Below the pieces are notes generated by a model that had not been told where the DNA came from, made no database searches, and saw only the letters and a program-made list of their open reading frames with translations. Positions 1 to 11,100 of a stretch of 64,000 nucleotides of DNA are shown in pieces (positions within the stretch are counted from its first letter, which is position 1; the number at the start of each line of letters is the position of its first letter). The stretch comes from a virus. Made by a program: the position numbers and the translations under genes. Where the stretch lies: the IMG/VR virus record IMGVR_UViG_3300042549_007551, positions 11,791 through 75,790 of that record, one strand, 5' to 3'.

Positions 1-335
1 TTAATTATGTTAAACCTAACACCGTTGTTGCTGGTTCTGATGAACAATTAATTGGTCAAATACTAAACGAACTTGATACACACAAAGGTGTGATATCTAA
101 ATTAGAAGGTGAGCTTGATGTGTTGTTAGATAAAGTTAGAGAAAAAATGGCAGCACAAAAAGACTATAGCTTTTATAACGATCAATACACAATTAACTAT
201 GTACACCCACAGAACCGAAAGACACTCGATGCTACTAAAGTTAAACAACATCTTCTTAATAATGGTCAGAACATAGATGACTTTATGAAAGAAACCGTAA
301 CTAAGGATAGTGTCAAAGCCGTTTTAAGAAAGTAA
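1..335 (+). CDS. 5'-truncated phage protein, possibly the C-terminal tail of a YqaJ-like recombination exonuclease
   Basis: Frame of ORF 90..335 is open back to the window start; tail RKTLDATKVK and position next to a Sak4-like gene are only suggestive. Confidence 0.35.
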   Translation, partial: NYVKPNTVVAGSDEQLIGQILNELDTHKGVISKLEGELDVLLDKVREKMAAQKDYSFYNDQYTINYVHPQNRKTLDATKVKQHLLNNGQNIDDFMKETVTKDSVKAVLRK

Positions 336-341
336 TAAAAC

Positions 342-368
342 AGGGGGACTAACCCTCCCCCTTTTATT
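342..368 (+). terminator. Rho-independent terminator
   Basis: AGGGGGA-ctaaccc-TCCCCCT followed by TTTATT. Confidence 0.65.
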
Positions 369-389
369 AAGGCATAAGGAGGAAAAACA

Positions 390-1301
390 ATGCCAATAGT
401 TTTGCAGTCAGCCGTCAAAATTCTTAAGCCCATTAAGGTCATGTCTTACGGACCGACCTATAGTGGCAAGACTCTCAGCTCTTTGTATCTAGCTGTGGGT
501 GCAGTCATGAACATACGTAAATGTACTGAAGCCGAAGCATACAAACACATAGTCTTGATCGACACTGAGTTCGGTCGAGGCGCACTCTACAATAAGATTG
601 GTTTATATAACTATCTTAAGATTGATCCGCCATACTTTACTGAAAAGTTGGTGACCATGCTAGCTGAACTCAATACGATGGAACAAGTTGATGTTATTAT
701 CATCGACTCCATTACCCACTTCTGGGTTAAAGAAGGTGGCATTTTAGATCAAAAAGCAATGAAGGATAAGCTAGGTGGTAACTCATATACTAACTGGCAA
801 GACTTCACAACTAAGTTCAATAAGATGATTGACTCTATCTTATCTTCACCTAAGCATATCTTTGTTACAGCTCGTGCAAAGACAGACACTGCATTAATCA
901 CAGGTGAAAATGGTAAGGCAACACCAAAGTCTTATGGCTTAAAGCCTGAGCTTCGTGACAATGTTGAATACGATTTTGATATTGTATTTAACATCGACAA
1001 GATTAGCCACAACTTAATCGTTGATAAAGGTATACCTGGTTTAAAACCCGTATACGAAATGGCTACACCAAAGACAGGTCAAGAAATCTTTGACTTGTTT
1101 ACAGCCGATGCTACTCTACCCACACGTAGTAAAGTTGAAATTGCAAATAGTCTTAGACAAATTGCAAAGACCAACGATATGATCCCGTTCGTTCAACTAG
1201 AACTACGTGGTCGTAAGCTCGAAGACTTAAACGAAGATGAGTTGAAATCAATCGAAGCTATACTTCTTAACAACATCAAGAAGATGCAAGTTAAAAACTA
1301 G
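390..1301 (+). CDS. Sak4-like / AAA_24 RecA-fold ssDNA-annealing ATPase
   Basis: Walker A GPTYSGKT, LIDTE, Walker B IIIDS, YDFDIVF motif; RBS AAGGAGG. Confidence 0.8.
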   Translation: MPIVLQSAVKILKPIKVMSYGPTYSGKTLSSLYLAVGAVMNIRKCTEAEAYKHIVLIDTEFGRGALYNKIGLYNYLKIDPPYFTEKLVTMLAELNTMEQVDVIIIDSITHFWVKEGGILDQKAMKDKLGGNSYTNWQDFTTKFNKMIDSILSSPKHIFVTARAKTDTALITGENGKATPKSYGLKPELRDNVEYDFDIVFNIDKISHNLIVDKGIPGLKPVYEMATPKTGQEIFDLFTADATLPTRSKVEIANSLRQIAKTNDMIPFVQLELRGRKLEDLNEDELKSIEAILLNNIKKMQVKN

Positions 1302-1332
1302 GTAAAATTGCGCTGACATACCGCTTAGTAGT

Positions 1333-1656
1333 ATGTCTTTTAACTTTGAAAGGAGTACAGTGAATGTAAAAGAATTTTTAAATGTTATAGACTTGACTAA
1401 CATAGACATTATTAAAATAAATGGTGAACGATTTATATATGCTTTTATTGAAGACCAATACGGTCAACACTTAGTTGATAATGTCACAATTCAAACTAGT
1501 TATAAAACTTTAACGACAGATAATATTCGTTCAAGTGTAATGACAGACGATATTGATAGCGTTGTAGATTACCTTAATGTAGAACATACACTACCTAACA
1601 ATCCACAATACATTAGTATTGAATTACATATTAAAGTAAAAGAAAGAAGGATGTAA
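1333..1656 (+). CDS. hypothetical protein
   Basis: ORF in operon; GTG at 1360 after AAGGAG is the likelier start. Confidence 0.6.
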   Translation: MSFNFERSTVNVKEFLNVIDLTNIDIIKINGERFIYAFIEDQYGQHLVDNVTIQTSYKTLTTDNIRSSVMTDDIDSVVDYLNVEHTLPNNPQYISIELHIKVKERRM

Positions 1657-1658
1657 TA

Positions 1659-1895
1659 ATGCCTAAGTCTAAAATCAAAAAGGTTCTTGTACCAAAATTA
1701 GATGCAGATACTGTTAATAAATTACAAGAACAGTTAGATGCAGAAGAATCAGAAGTACAAAACTATGAAGATCAAATGGAAGCAGAACTTAATCAAGTAG
1801 GTTTAGATGATAATTTTGTTGAAGAAATTTCTAAACAAGTTGAAGAAAAAACAACTGATTCCAAAGATTTAAAGCCAACACGTAGAGACGCTTAA
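1659..1895 (+). CDS. small acidic coiled-coil hypothetical protein
   Basis: RBS AGAAGGA; E/D-rich. Confidence 0.65.
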   Translation: MPKSKIKKVLVPKLDADTVNKLQEQLDAEESEVQNYEDQMEAELNQVGLDDNFVEEISKQVEEKTTDSKDLKPTRRDA

Positions 1896-1907
1896 CATAA
1901 AAAGATT

Positions 1908-1928
1908 AGCCCACTTCACGGGCTTTCT
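1908..1928 (+). terminator. weak hairpin terminator
   Basis: AGCCC-acttcac-GGGCT-TTCT. Confidence 0.4.
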
Positions 1929-2037
1929 AACTAAACTCTTTATTGGGGTAGTCGGGTAAGACAATCTATAAACCTTATGGGCTAAAGATTGTAACGTGGG
2001 TTCAACTCCCACCTACTCCACCAAAGAGTTTAGTTAG
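1927..2037. repeat. 15-bp perfect inverted repeat bracketing the tRNA-like gene
   Basis: ctaactaaactcttt (1927-1941) / aaagagtttagttag (2023-2037). Confidence 0.9.
1945..2023 (+). ncRNA. tRNA-like RNA resembling the isolated tRNA-like domain (TLD) of tmRNA, with Ala identity
   Basis: Acceptor stem GGGGTAG/CTACTCC with G3-U70, discriminator A, encoded CCA; T arm GTGGG-TTCAACT-CCCAC; 9-nt stemless D region; 7-bp ACAATCT/AGATTGT stem closing an 18-nt non-anticodon loop. Confidence 0.75.
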
Positions 2038-2107
2038 GTTAACTTATAAGCACCACATAAGTTGATACATCTACCCCCTCTTTCTTTCTACGGTGCTAAA
2101 GTTATAT

Positions 2108-2131
2108 GGGTATAAGAATAAACTTATACCC
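2108..2131. terminator. hairpin between convergent transcription units
   Basis: GGGTATAAG-aataaa-CTTATACCC directly after the giant gene's stop codon. Confidence 0.6.
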
Positions 2132-2133
2132 TA

Positions 2134-5100
2134 TTAACGGAGTGCAACACGACTACGTCTATACCGTACATACTGACGCCACTTTGTATTCTTAACTAAA
2201 CTATAAGGATTAACTCTAGGCTTACGCATAGTTCCGTACTTAGTAAACCAGTCTCTATAAATATTTTCATACTTAGCCCAACGTCCATTGCTACCATAAA
2301 GATAACGATAACGTTTCGGTGTGTACTTTTCATAATCAGGTACAGTATACAAAGGTAATATGCCTGAACTTAATGGAATGATTGGGTTTTTATTCTTAGA
2401 AACAAACGGAGCTAAAGGACCTTGTGTTAACTGTTCTCTTACAGGTAACTTATTAAGTACGTTACTAATAGGACCTGCAATAGCTAACTGTCTTATGCTT
2501 TGTAAAACATCTTTTGTTTCTAAAAACTTAGACAAACCTCTTAATAAAGGACGTTGTCTATCTAATAACGAACGACCTGGATCACTTAGTAATTTTTGTA
2601 CATCAAACAAACCAAACCCAAGACGTATACCAACACCATTATATATACGTAACCAACCGTTTTGCATTTCAAATAATTCAAATGGACTGTATTCTCCATC
2701 ATCATCTGTGTATTGTCCATACACACCGTCAATAATATCACTCAATAATACAGACATTCTTGGATCTAATATACGATCAATCCAGTTTGTTAAGGAACGA
2801 ACAGGGAAAGATAAATAAGGTATGTCTGCAAGTAACTGCATTTCTAAAGGACTTCTTAATCCGTAATTAAAAAATCGTTTAAGAGAAGAGTTAACAGCTT
2901 CTTGGAAAGTGTAACCTCTTAACTGTCTGTCTAATAAGTAACCTGCAATACGACCTACGTTTTCTATGTTAGCGTTTAAATCAGAGTAAGTATATTTATA
3001 ACCTTTATGAACTAAACCTAATAAACCTTTATTAAATAAACCATTCTTTTCTTTTTCTATTTCATCATAAACTTCTTTAAAGGTTCTTGTTTCAGTATCA
3101 TTGAAATCATTTAACTTTCTTTCTTCTACAATATTTCTTAAGTACTCAAAAGTTTCTTGTCTATATACGTCTACTTGTGCGTTTGTTTGCATGAAAGCAC
3201 TGACTTCAAACAATATCTTTTTAAGATCTTCATAGTCAGCAGAGTACACAGGTTGACCGTTGCTATCTAAAGTAGTTTTATATTTTTCTAAACGTTTATT
3301 AATACGTTGACGATAAAGATTTGTTTCTCCTGGATTAAACTTTAATGAATCGTACAATGTAAAATATTCTGCGAACCTTGTGTCCCCTAAAAAAGCTACT
3401 GATTCTTGAAGAGCAATATTATATGTAATATTTTTTAAAGCTTTTACATTTTTAAATTTAGAAGTAACTTTGATATTATCTAAATCTTTTATATCTTTAA
3501 CACCAATAACAACGTTTAAAATATAATTACCAATACCTTCTAAACGTTGACTAATTTCTTTTGCTTTAATTAAACGAGTTTCTATTCTTTTTTTAACATC
3601 TTCTTTTTTAATAGCTTCTGCACCGTCAATATAATTTTTTAATCTATCTTTTATAATATAAAAGTTTTCTGTGATCGTTAAAACTTCTTCATTTGTTACG
3701 TTATCTTTCTTTAAAAGTAACGATAACATCTTATCATATGCAGTTTTAACTTCTAATAAACTTAATAAACGTTCTTCAGATACATCTTTATAAATGTTAT
3801 AAACATCGTGAGTCAACCCCATGATTCTAACGATTTGTTTTCTATTTTTAAATGCACCGAAAACACCAAAGTCTTTATAGAGTTCACTATATAATTGAGT
3901 CCATGTATCTAAATAGTTTCTCATAATAAACCCATAGTTAAATCTCATTAATAACTTTTCAAGGTACTGTAACTGTGCTAATATGTTTGACCAACCACCT
4001 TTAAATCTAAATGGTTTATAAGCTTGGTTATACAAACTCATTAATGAATCGATTGTTACAAATCCAAATTGTAAATTAACACCTTCATCAGCTTGATATT
4101 TTTTAATAAGATTAAATATTTTTTCTAAATCTTTCCAACTTCTAACATCAATTTGTTTAGTAGTTAAAGATAAATCTTCTTTAAAATTAATATTATCTAA
4201 ATCTACACTAGTATATTCTTTACCATTAAAAATAATTGAATTAACTTTTTTATCTTTAGGGTCATTTAATTGTTTGACATATGATTCTATTTCATCAAAG
4301 CTATTAAATCTTACTTTATCTCTATGCTTCGCCGCCCCTATGAACTGTTGCCAACGTGTTTTCTTTTCCCATTCTGGGTCGTTTTTTCTAAACAAATCAC
4401 CAACACGTTTTATTAAACCTTCAGAAGCGTAACCATCTTTTACCACAACTAGTCTAATAAAATTAGAATTACGTTTAACATGTTCATACATTGTTTTAAA
4501 ATCGTATACTTCTTTTTTAGTTTTGTTACCATTTTGGTCTACAACAATAATGTCTTTTTTATACATACTTGCTAACGTAATAAAAGGAACAACTGATTTA
4601 TCAATGTTCATTAAATTAGTATGTTTAATTCTTTCAACATCTTGTTTACTTAAAGTTTCTTCATCACCCATGATTCTAGGTATACCTTGCTTTAATAAAT
4701 CCATGCTTTCGCCTTCAGGAGTATGTAATAAAAACATACCTTGAGCAAACTTACGTGAGAATATTTTAGATATAACTGCTAGTTTAATATCACGTCTTCT
4801 CTTTTCTAACTCTAATAATTTCTTGTTAAAATAATCTAAGGTATCTTGTTTGCTAAGATCTTTGACTTCATCAATAGCTAACTTTACTTTATTTTCTTCG
4901 TTTGATTTTTGTAATATAAGATTACCTAATGTTTTTATTCTAATTTCTTTACGTTTTATTTCATCGTTTTTACTACGAAGATTATTGTCAGCCACATTTA
5001 TTTCTTTTATGTATCTTTCAATACGATTAAATGATAATTCTTTATTCAATAAACGAATTGCAATATCATTAACAGTCGTTTTATCAACAGTTTTATTTCT

Positions 5101-8100
5101 GCTGTTATATATTTTTTGTTTGTCTTCTGTTACTATTTTAAATTCTTTAAATGCGCTAATAAGAACATCTATTAAACTATCAATAGTTACTACGTCTCGT
5201 AAAGATTCTAAGTCTTGGTCTTTTATAAACTCTAAAGCAGTTAATCTTTCTAAGTCGCTGGCATTAGTTTGTTCTGAACCAAGCGCTTTGCTATAACTAT
5301 TACCATACGGTTCTAATAATTCACTTGCAATAATACTTGCTTGTTCTTTTAAGGTAGATACAGTTGCACTGTTTTGACTTTTATTTAAACGTTGTGTAAC
5401 GTTGCCACTTTCAATATCAATGTTAACGTAGTTAGCATCTACTTCTCTTGAGCTTAAAAAGAAATCTTTACTTGCTTGATACTTCTTATCTAGGTTTAAA
5501 CGTAACTCTTCTTTGGCATTATAACCATTAAACTCAAGTAATAACTTATATAAGTAAAATGTTTTATTTAACCACGATATTTCTTTACGATCAATTCTAT
5601 CATTTGATTCAGTACCACTGCTATAGCGTGCGTTAATTTCGTTATACGTATTATTTGCCACATTAAACAACCTTAAGATTCTATAAGCAGGCATTTTTAT
5701 AGCAACTAATTCACCTAAGAAAGCATTAACAGTACCTGTTACACCGTTAATAGTTACTTCCGTATCTAATGATTCTTCTAAAGCACCTTTGTTTTTGTAG
5801 AAAACAATTGCAACTTCTTTAATAATATTAAAATAATAAGTTGAAATTTCATCAGGTATTTTTGAATCAGGGAATAATTCTTTCTTAGCATATTGATTTA
5901 TAACTGTAGTAATATCATCAATTGCTTTACTTTTTCTAGTGTAGCTTTGTGCTATTTGTACGTTTTTACTTTCTTCATTGTTGTCAATTTCTTTTTCTAA
6001 TTCTAAATTTCTTATTGATAAATTATTTGTTTCAATAGGATCACTATCTAATCCAATTGCCAAAGCGTTTTCATGTGCTTCATCTAAACCAATCGTTACT
6101 TTTCTTACACTTAATTTATCTACATTTTCTTTAACACGTTTTTTAAAGTCTCTTAAGAATTTAGTAACATCCATTCTTAAAGCACCGTGCTTTGCAATAC
6201 CAATAATAATTGTAGCATCGTTAGATTGTTTTCCTAAAATACCACGATCTATAATAACTTGATCTAAGTAATCACTACTATAGATATCAGCCATTGTACT
6301 AATGGTTGGTTTCTTTTTATCGTTAGTAACTTTATCGTTATCTTTGATTGCTTTTTTAAACTTTTTAACGTCTGCGTTATTTCTTCCAAAGTAAAATAAA
6401 TGTAAATACATTTCTTCTACTTCATTTAATTTAGTTTGTTCCATATTTCTTTTAACTAAGTCTCTGTATTTTTCTATTAAAGAACGATAAAAAGGATTTA
6501 GTATATCATCTTCTTTATTAGCAGGCTTTTGATAGTACTTATCAAAGTGTTTTACAATAGCACCCAATTTATATTCTGATTTTAAAGCAAACCCAAATGA
6601 AGACATCTCTTGTCTAACTAATAAAGATAAATAATTCTTATCAAAAATTAAACCTAAGATTTCATCAACACTTTCTTTAAAGTATTCTTTGTATTTAGCA
6701 GCATCTTCTTTATCGATATATACTTTTTTATCTTTATCATAAGCAACTTCTTTAAACCAACTATCATAAATAGTTTCGTTTAACTTTCCTTTAACTTTAC
6801 TAATAAAAACTTTCTTGTCTTTTTCTAGTTTATTTTTTCGGTCAGTAACATTTAAACTTAAATCAGATTCAATATTAATATCGTTAAGTATTCCTTTTAA
6901 ATTTGTTGCGCTTAATATTTTATCTGAGAGTGATCTTATTGTTACAACACCTAAGTTAGATTTAAAAGCGTGCCAAGCATTTCCTGTTTGATCTTTATTC
7001 ATACCTAAGAAAGGACTTATAATACTTGTTACGTTTTGTATTTTTCTTAAACCACCAAATACACCGATACCGTTTTTAGATGCTTGGAAACGTGTAATAG
7101 TTTCAATCAAACTTTGAGTATGTAATATTCTTAAAAACAATTTATAAATAATTTCTTTATCTTTTTCGTTTTTTCTTTTGAAAATAGTTTCAACTTTATT
7201 TTCTTTTATATATTGTTTATCTTCTAAACTAAAATGTTTTTCAATAACTTCATCATTAACTAATACTAAATCTTCTTTAGTCATGTACTTTGTAACATTG
7301 TATTTGTTGTTCTTGATGCTTTGATCAAACAAATAGTTTCTAGCTGCAATTTTATAAAGCGTTTCGTTTGTTTCTAATATTTTATTGACCGCATCTTTTG
7401 AATCATATTCTTTTAATTCAAAACCTTCGTATGCGTTTTCATTATATACTTCACGAATTGCTACGTTTAAAAAATACTTTTTAGCTGCGTCATCATTTTC
7501 CCAACCAACAACTTTTGGTATTTCTATTTCGCTAATATCCTTTTTAATACCGGCAAAAATAGTTCCATATAATTCTCCAAAAGAATATGAGGTTCTAATA
7601 GGTGTGCCACTTGCTCCTTTAAACACAGCTTTACCAACACTTGTTGCCTCAGTACTAATGACATCGGTTCTTCCGTTGCTTTTTACATTAGTAAGTAATT
7701 CTTTTCTTACACTTTCTAAGTATCCTTTTTCTTTCTTCTTAACGTTATTAATAGAATCCCAGCTCCAGAATCCTTCATCATAATAACTTTCTTTAGTAGC
7801 ATCATTCTTAAAGAATAAACCTTTATTAAATTGTTCATTGTTTAAAGCTATCATACCGATGGTATCACCGTCGTTATCAGCACCCATCATTTTATACATG
7901 TAAGGATTTGCTTCAATAGTTTCATTAGTATGATACCCAACAATCTTTACTGTAGGTGTAGACTTAGCGTCTTGGATAGGCCAACGTGCAGCTAATACCC
8001 AACCAAACTTAATACCTTTATTATTTGTTACAAATTTTACTGTATATGTTTTACTATCAACAACATACATTTTGTTTTCTTTGCCACTTATATTGTCGTT

Positions 8101-11100
8101 TGTTATCCCAGATTTATTTAAGTGAATAATAAAATCTTCTAGTTCTTGTTTAGAAGATAATTTAACTTCGTCTTTGTTATTAACAATAGATACGCTGTTG
8201 TTTTTATAATTTAAAGCAGTATTTATATTAAAACCATTTATTATTTTTGACCAAGAAGCGTCATCAATTCTGTCTATTTGCAGCCAATCCTTATTCTTGC
8301 TTAGTTCTTCCCATCCTTGTCTTGAAGTTCTTAGTTGGCCTAACATTAAATCAGTGTTAGCTAATAATTGTTGTCTAATACCAGGGTGTTTTCTATAAGT
8401 ATAAGAAACAATAGCACCTGTATTTCCAGTTAAAAATTCGCTAGCTCTATTCATAGCTTTTAAGTTTATTTTAGGTAAGATAATTGTTTCTAATTTTAAT
8501 CTTGTTTCTTGATTGCTTGTTCTTATAGAGAAGTTTTTATATGTTAAGTAATTAATAACTTCATCTACCATTGGTGTGTTGGTTTCTAAACTAATTTTTT
8601 TAGCCATAGCTTCAATGTCATAAGTACCGTTTGATTTTTTAATAGAATACTTTTCAATGAAAGGAAGTAACCCGTTGTTTTGTATTTCACTAAACACTTC
8701 AATTTCGTTTCTATCTTTTTGATCTAACAATACTTTCCAATTCACACCTTGTGCTTCTAATATTGCTGAAAAGGATGGAGTTATTGGTACACCACCGATG
8801 ATGCTACCTTTAATATCCCGTTCAGCAATGGATATATTTTCTTCTTCAATCAATCTAGTTCTAACATTCATTTTTTCTGCAGTATGTTCTGCATCTAAAA
8901 TGACATATATTTCACCGCGTTGAATATCAATTCCTTTAAAGTTTAAAGTATTAATATCTCCGTTACTTAAAATATTGTTAACAATTAAATCATCTTTAAT
9001 AACATCATATATAATGTCATTCCATACTGAATGGCCATCTGATGCTTTACCAAAAATACCGTCTAATATTTTTGCGTAATCTTTAGCAGCATCTAATATG
9101 ATCTTACCTTCTCTAATTTTAAACGTATCTTTTAATTCTTTTTCTTTACTTCTTAATACACTTAAGTTGTTTTTTGTTAAACCATACTTCTTTAGTAACG
9201 CGTTATCTGCAATATTTTTATAACCATCACCTTGTAATTCATCATTAACTAAATACATTCTAACTGCGTTTAAAGTTTGTTCTAATACTGCTCCACCTGC
9301 ACCACGCTTAACTAAAGATTCTTTGTTAGCGACAATATCAACGCCAAACTTTTCTTTTAAACCAACTACATAACGTATGCCACCCTTAAAACCCCACATC
9401 CCTAACCAAGTTTTATTACCTTCATCCATTCCTACAGCTTTAGCATACTCAGCATCAATTAACAAAGCGTCTTCAAAAGCACCTGGATGATTAATAAACC
9501 CAACAATAGTATTAACACCTATCTTATGTAAGATATCTCGCTTATAAAATTGATATTGTTTTTCTGTTAAATAGTTAGGTGTAAAGATATTAATAACTTT
9601 ATCTTTACCATTCTTATCTTTATAGGTTCTTAATAATCTACTAGTAATGATTTCTTTTTCTTTTGGATCAGCGATACTATCAATAAACTTACCTAAGTTG
9701 TCTTCAATAGTTGTAGCGTTTAACTTATTTAAATCTTCGTATTCGTAATAATCATTAATAATCTTATAAGGAGTATACTCTAAATAAAGTTTATTAAACG
9801 ATAATACAATACGCCCTGGGTTTGTATTTAATGTATGAGGCATATCAACATTAAGTGCTGTTAAAGGTGGGTTAGATTTACCAGCTGAACCTTCTGCAGA
9901 TTTTTCTAAATCTAAACTTAAACGCACTACATTTTTTCTAGTCCATATAATTAAAGGACTTGTTGAGTACTGTGGATCAACTAAAAATAATAATTTTGCA
10001 GGGTCATTAGCTTTAAACTTTGATAATATTCTGTCAGCAATACCTCGGTATACCTTAACAATGTCTGAATCTTTTTCGTTACGTTTCGCGCTTTGATAAG
10101 TATCATAATATCTAAAGAATCTTTGCTTTAATACCGTTGTCATATTAATACGTTCTAATGCGCTGTCTGGTATAGCATCATCAAATACTACAGATTCTCT
10201 AAACGCTGCTATTTCCTTTGCTTTAATTGCTTTATCTGTTTCGTCTTGGGTGTATTCAAACAAACCATCTTTTTGATGTTTAGCTGCTAGTTTAATAGTT
10301 TTTTCAATACTGTTATAGCTAGCGTCTATTCCATCTTCTAAGTAAATAGCTTCTTTATTTAAACCTGAAAAACCTAACTTACGTTTTCCACTCTTATCCG
10401 TATAGTTAAAGAACTTAGTTTTTAACCAGCCTTCCATGTCTTCATTAGGCTTGGGTCTATAAACAATGTCTTTAGTTTTAACTTCTAAAATTTTACCTAC
10501 TTCAACATAAGTATATCTAAATTTAAATGTTGGCATACCACCGCCAGTAGTAAACTGATAATAGTTATATATGTTATTTTGATTATCCATATAACCAACT
10601 AAATAAAAATTATCAGATGGAGATTTAGCAAGAGCTATATCGTCCTTTACAATTAAAGCTTCTTTATCTAAACCACGATGAGCATCTTTATATACACGTT
10701 TAACATTTTTAACGCCTAGTTTGTTTATAAACGATTGCTCTTCTCTTTCAGTTGCTACTCGTTGTAAACCATCAAGACGTTCATCTGGTGTAAAGTTATT
10801 AATATTTTCTTCGTTTCCGTTTAAAACTGTAAAAATATTGCTTCTTTCAAATTCTGTTTTAATACGTTCTGTATTTCTTAAGACAGAAATAACTTCTAAA
10901 AATTTATTAGTAATAACTTCGTTATTAATTTCTGTATTGTTTTTTGGTACGCCAATCTTTAAATCATTTAAAAAACTAATGTTACTGTTTACATAGTCTA
11001 GTTCTTTTTTTAAAGCCAATGTAATAAGTGTTCTTAAATTAAACTTGTCTATGTTTTTAAGTATCTTTTTTTCTTCTTCAATAACACTTATTAATCCTCT

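Noticed and set aside
1945-2023. Canonical tRNA (Ile-UAU or ochre suppressor UUA)
   Set aside because: No D stem, and no 5-bp anticodon stem with a 7-nt loop can be formed around TTA or TAT; the identity elements are those of Ala
10660-10685. AHRGLD as a definite ExoIII motif
   Set aside because: Spacing differs from HxAxxD and it is about 670 aa from ExoII; kept only as a possibility
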